Shown here in pieces: positions 62,552 through 64,000 of a stretch of 64,000 bases of DNA. The position numbers and the translations under genes are program-made. This DNA comes from Psammoneis japonica. Taxonomy: Eukaryota. Each line of letters begins with the position of its first letter. Within the stretch, counting starts at the first letter, position 1. Where the stretch lies: assembly GCA_008632985.1 (NCBI GenBank), contig QPGO01000059.1, positions 62,001 through 126,000 of the forward strand. Reading direction: 5' to 3'. A model generated the notes under the pieces. That model saw only the letters and a program-made list of their open reading frames with translations. It was not told where the DNA came from and did not search any database.

Positions 62552-62984
62552 GTGGTGTTGTGTTTCATCATGACTGTGAGTTGATTGTTGTGCAAAGTGA
62601 AAGCAAAAATCAGTGTCTCTTCCAAGCTCCACCATCAAATTTTTTGGAGTGTGATGCATGTCTGGTGCACCATGAGGCTGCTCCTTGTGGGAAGACCTCT
62701 TGTGCATCAAAGCAAGAACCAACCATCTTTTGTGCTGAGAAATGTGCAGTGGATGACGCGCGGCACACATGTGGCTGCTCCACTGTTTGAAACTGTTGAA
62801 GTGGTTCTTGTTTTGCCAGCCACATTTGCTCCCTTTGTCCATCAGAGCCAATGCCAAGACACCCTCCAACCATGTGTGAGAAGTGGAGCATGTGCACAAA
62901 AATGATGCTGGCACAATTTTTTGCACACCCCGCCAGCAAAACATGGCATTGTTTTCACCCCATCATCTCAAAAACGCATGTTGA

Positions 62985-63870
62985 AAGTTCAACTTCAACA
63001 AGCAGTGATCTCACCTCCATCATTTTGTGAAAAAAACGTCAAACAATTTGATGGATGGACATGTTTCAATGACCACATCTCCATCACAAACCCCATCATT
63101 CAAACAAACCCTCAGTGCCTTGCCCCCTTTTCATTTGCACTTTCTGTTTTGCAGCAGCTTCCAACTCTTTTTGCTGTTCATGAAAAAAGTTCTCACAAGA
63201 TTGTTCCCAGGAAAAAAAATTGCTGAGTCGAACGGGCCAACTCTCACCTTCTGAGAATTGAGTCTTGAGTCTCTTTTGAGCAGATTAATTTTTGGTGGGT
63301 GCCCCAAGCAACATTTTTCCCACCAAGGTTGCTCAGAGAATTGTTTGATGATCATGGTTAAAATGATGGTCTTCACAAAATTTCAGTTGGAGATTTTCCC
63401 ATCTGATGATGACAATGGATGGTGACACCATCTCCTCATGAAAGCTGTTGGCCATTGAGTCTTGTGACTTTGTCAGTCCATGATGCAGGACACTTGGATG
63501 TGTGGACCAACGAAGCTTCAATTTCCAACTGCAGACAGCCACAAAGCAGACAGCATTGCCATTTTTAGCTTGGAAGCTGTCACAAAATGGGCAGCAAGAT
63601 GAATTTGTTTTGCTCATTGTCCTTGTGGGAAAATGCAATCTGAGCAGAATGACCAACTCTGCGCTGAAGGACTGAGCACAAATTTCTGGAGAAAACAAAA
63701 AGGCAGAGCCAAATTCCTTGCACATGAAAAGGGGGTGAGGTGCTGAGAGGGTTTGTTCAGATGATGACAGGTTTTGCAGTGGAGACACAATCATTGAAAC
63801 ATGTCCATCTGCCAAATCATTGGACAGTTTTTTCCCACAAAATGGAGGTGATCACTGCTTGTGTCAAATG
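62985..63870. repeat. Diverged inverted repeat: arms about 62985-63140 and 63720-63870
   Basis: caagcagtgatc..acctccat...gatggacatgtttcaatga...aacaaaccctc...cccccttttcat matches the reverse complement of the second arm. Confidence 0.8.
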
Positions 63871-64000
63871 GCCTTCATGTTGACAAAAGATGACATCTCA
63901 CAATGTCATGAGACAACATTTTGGGGGGCACCCCCACCACTTTTTTGTTTGCAGCTCCTGCAAAGGTGCAGGAATGGCCCCACAATGTCCCAGCCTTTTC

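Larger units (their letters stand above)
57710..64000. other. CpG/TpA-depleted block E (runs off the window)
   Basis: Same signature; CG persists in the first ~350 bp while TA is already gone. Confidence 0.9.

Noticed and set aside
57580..62950. Terminal inverted repeats for the XPG/transposase element
   Set aside because: Only a weak tttgctg..gggg match between about 57625 and 62930; not convincing, and no TSD identified.
44240..64000. Many overlapping Cys/His-rich ORFs in all six frames
   Set aside because: Artefact of TA loss (no TAA/TAG stops, no Tyr codons) and TG/CA excess; these are not genes or zinc-finger arrays.
1..64000. CRISPR arrays, rRNA/tRNA genes, prokaryotic operons
   Set aside because: None seen; introns and gene content indicate a eukaryotic nuclear locus.

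Overview
Eukaryotic, most likely diatom-type (stramenopile) genomic DNA: compact genes, short GT-AG introns, diatom-typical gene families. The assembly appears indel-rich, since most genes carry single-base frameshifts. About 25 host genes are recognisable: HSP20, thioredoxin-fold protein, tandem SMR transporter, SET protein, three vWA-like paralogues, FkbM-like methyltransferase, BTB+cold-shock fusion, reprolysin-type protease, MTFP1, two ICMT/PEMT-family genes, HslV, GLUG-repeat protein, YchF, VPS4 and a metallophosphoesterase. These alternate with five sharply bounded blocks (about 12.6-16.5, 18.3-20.6, 44.2-51.9, 53.3-55.9 and 57.7-64 kb) in which both CpG and TpA are almost absent and TpG/CpA is strongly enriched. 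The blocks contain decayed repeats: CRE-like retrotransposon 3' fragments, a duplicated host vWA gene, and a PIF/Harbinger-ISL2EU-like transposase facing an EXO1/XPG-nuclease + SWIM gene. Two observations stand out. (1) The repeat-confined double transition signature (CG->TG/CA plus TA->TG/CA, sparing TTA/TAA) looks like a RIP-like process with an A->G component. (2) The ISL2EU-like transposon appears to use an EXO1/XPG nuclease as its accessory gene instead of the usual YqaJ exonuclease. Dinucleotide statements come from reading the sequence by eye, not from computed counts, and block boundaries are approximate.
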